A stretch of DNA of 63,715 nucleotides, filler included, from Lenisia limosa (taxonomy: Eukaryota > Protista > Breviatea), in NCBI GenBank assembly GCA_001655205.1. It is 5 parts of 5 records of this genome, joined end to end, with 100 filler letters (N's around TTAATTAATTAA, not from the genome) between each part and the next. Parts side by side here need not be neighbours in the genome. Positions count along the whole stretch, not along the records: positions 59,284 to 63,715 come from LPNZ01004669.1; 4 more parts are not named here. One strand, 5' to 3'. Below the pieces are notes generated by a model. The model saw only the letters and a program-made list of their open reading frames with translations. It made no database searches and was not told the origin of the DNA. Numbering within the stretch: the first letter of the stretch is position 1; each line of letters begins with the position of its first letter. Positions 63,098 through 63,715 of the stretch are shown one piece after another. The position numbers and the translations under genes are program-made.

Positions 63098-63197
63098 TAG
63101 GGCTTCACTTCGGTTCGAAAAAGACCGGTAAAATATCGATAGTTTTCGAAGATTTATCGAGAAATTCAGTCTTTTTTCGAACCGAAGTGAAGCCCTA
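63098..63197. mobile_element. hAT-type MITE, best-preserved copy (100 bp)
   Basis: Perfect TIR TAGGGCTTCACTTCGGTTCGAAAAA / TTTTTCGAACCGAAGTGAAGCCCTA; 8-bp flanks TTTGTCAC / TTTGTCAA. Confidence 0.92.
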
Positions 63198-63559
63198 TTT
63201 GTCAAAGACTCTAACTCCTTTGTAATTGTTCTTTGACAACCTGATTATTTATTTCTCATTGCTATTTATAATATTACTTTGGACTCCTTGCAATTGATTA
63301 AAATTTGAAGTGAGGCAATATTGTTACTCCATTTTATTCACCATAATTTCAAATTTTAAAAAAGTCTAAGTATTTCTCCTTTGCAATTGGCCTCTGATAG
63401 TCTTATTCCTTATAAGATTCTCATCTGAGTACTTCTTTGGATGTATGCTGACTATTTAGCATTTTTCCATTCTGACTATTTAGCCTTATGGAGAGCCGAA
63501 AGTACCGGCTTGTGCTAGGGTAAACTGGGCGTTTGCCAAGACTTTGATCTGTTTGATCT

Positions 63560-63715
63560 CAGAGTTTCTTTTTCATCTGGTTTTTATTTAGTTTTAGCAT
63601 TGGTTGCTTGAATTTGTTATTGCATGTTTTTTGTTTGCTTGGAGTGTCAGATTATTCGTTCGTGATTGGTACATTTACGCCATATTCTTCATCGAAATTT
63701 GCTTCGTTTTACTTC
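63560..63715. repeat. Dispersed T-rich repeat family B (other copies at about 36500-36650 and 59285-59380)
   Basis: Shared CATCTGGTTTTT...TTTAGC..TGGTTGCT...TTTGTTATTGC and GGAGT(T/G)TCAGATTATTCG...ATATTCTTC.TCGAAATTT. Confidence 0.7.

Noticed and set aside
109-63225. Most short ORFs in the track, including those with poly-X runs
   Set aside because: They are antisense or off-frame to spliced exons, run through N gaps, or lie in repeats.
1-63715. Stop-codon reassignment to explain in-frame stops
   Set aside because: Intact genes end in TAA or TAG and have no internal stops; in-frame stops occur only in elements that also carry frameshifts.

Overview
Eukaryotic draft-genome sequence from an intron-rich, probably flagellated protist (AK7 and LZTFL1/BBS17 are present), not a prokaryotic locus. 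Four identical 100-bp artificial spacers (44 N + TTAATTAATTAA + 44 N) split the window into five unrelated scaffolds: 1-21956, 22057-38146, 38247-49772, 49873-59183 and 59284-end. Scaffolds 2 and 4 carry ordinary spliced genes with canonical GT-AG introns of roughly 35-300 nt: ABCD transporter, LRR protein, CSN6-like, WD40, leishmanolysin/GP63, amino-acid transporter, LZTFL1, DUF1338/HglS and AK7. Scaffolds 1, 3 and 5 are rich in transposon remains: an intron-containing Kolobok-like element (transposase plus convergent KolX/P2X7-ballast-like gene), piggyBac and hAT remnants, and a ~85-100-bp hAT-type MITE family. The main surprise is a second gene architecture in scaffolds 1 and 3. AT-rich genes there (DnaJA, UBC12, an ankyrin fragment) are split by tiny 21-27-nt introns. 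In the otherwise intact DnaJA gene, 5 of 10 introns end in TG or CG instead of AG. All gene models were built by eye from homology and splice signals; nothing was checked against databases or RNA data.
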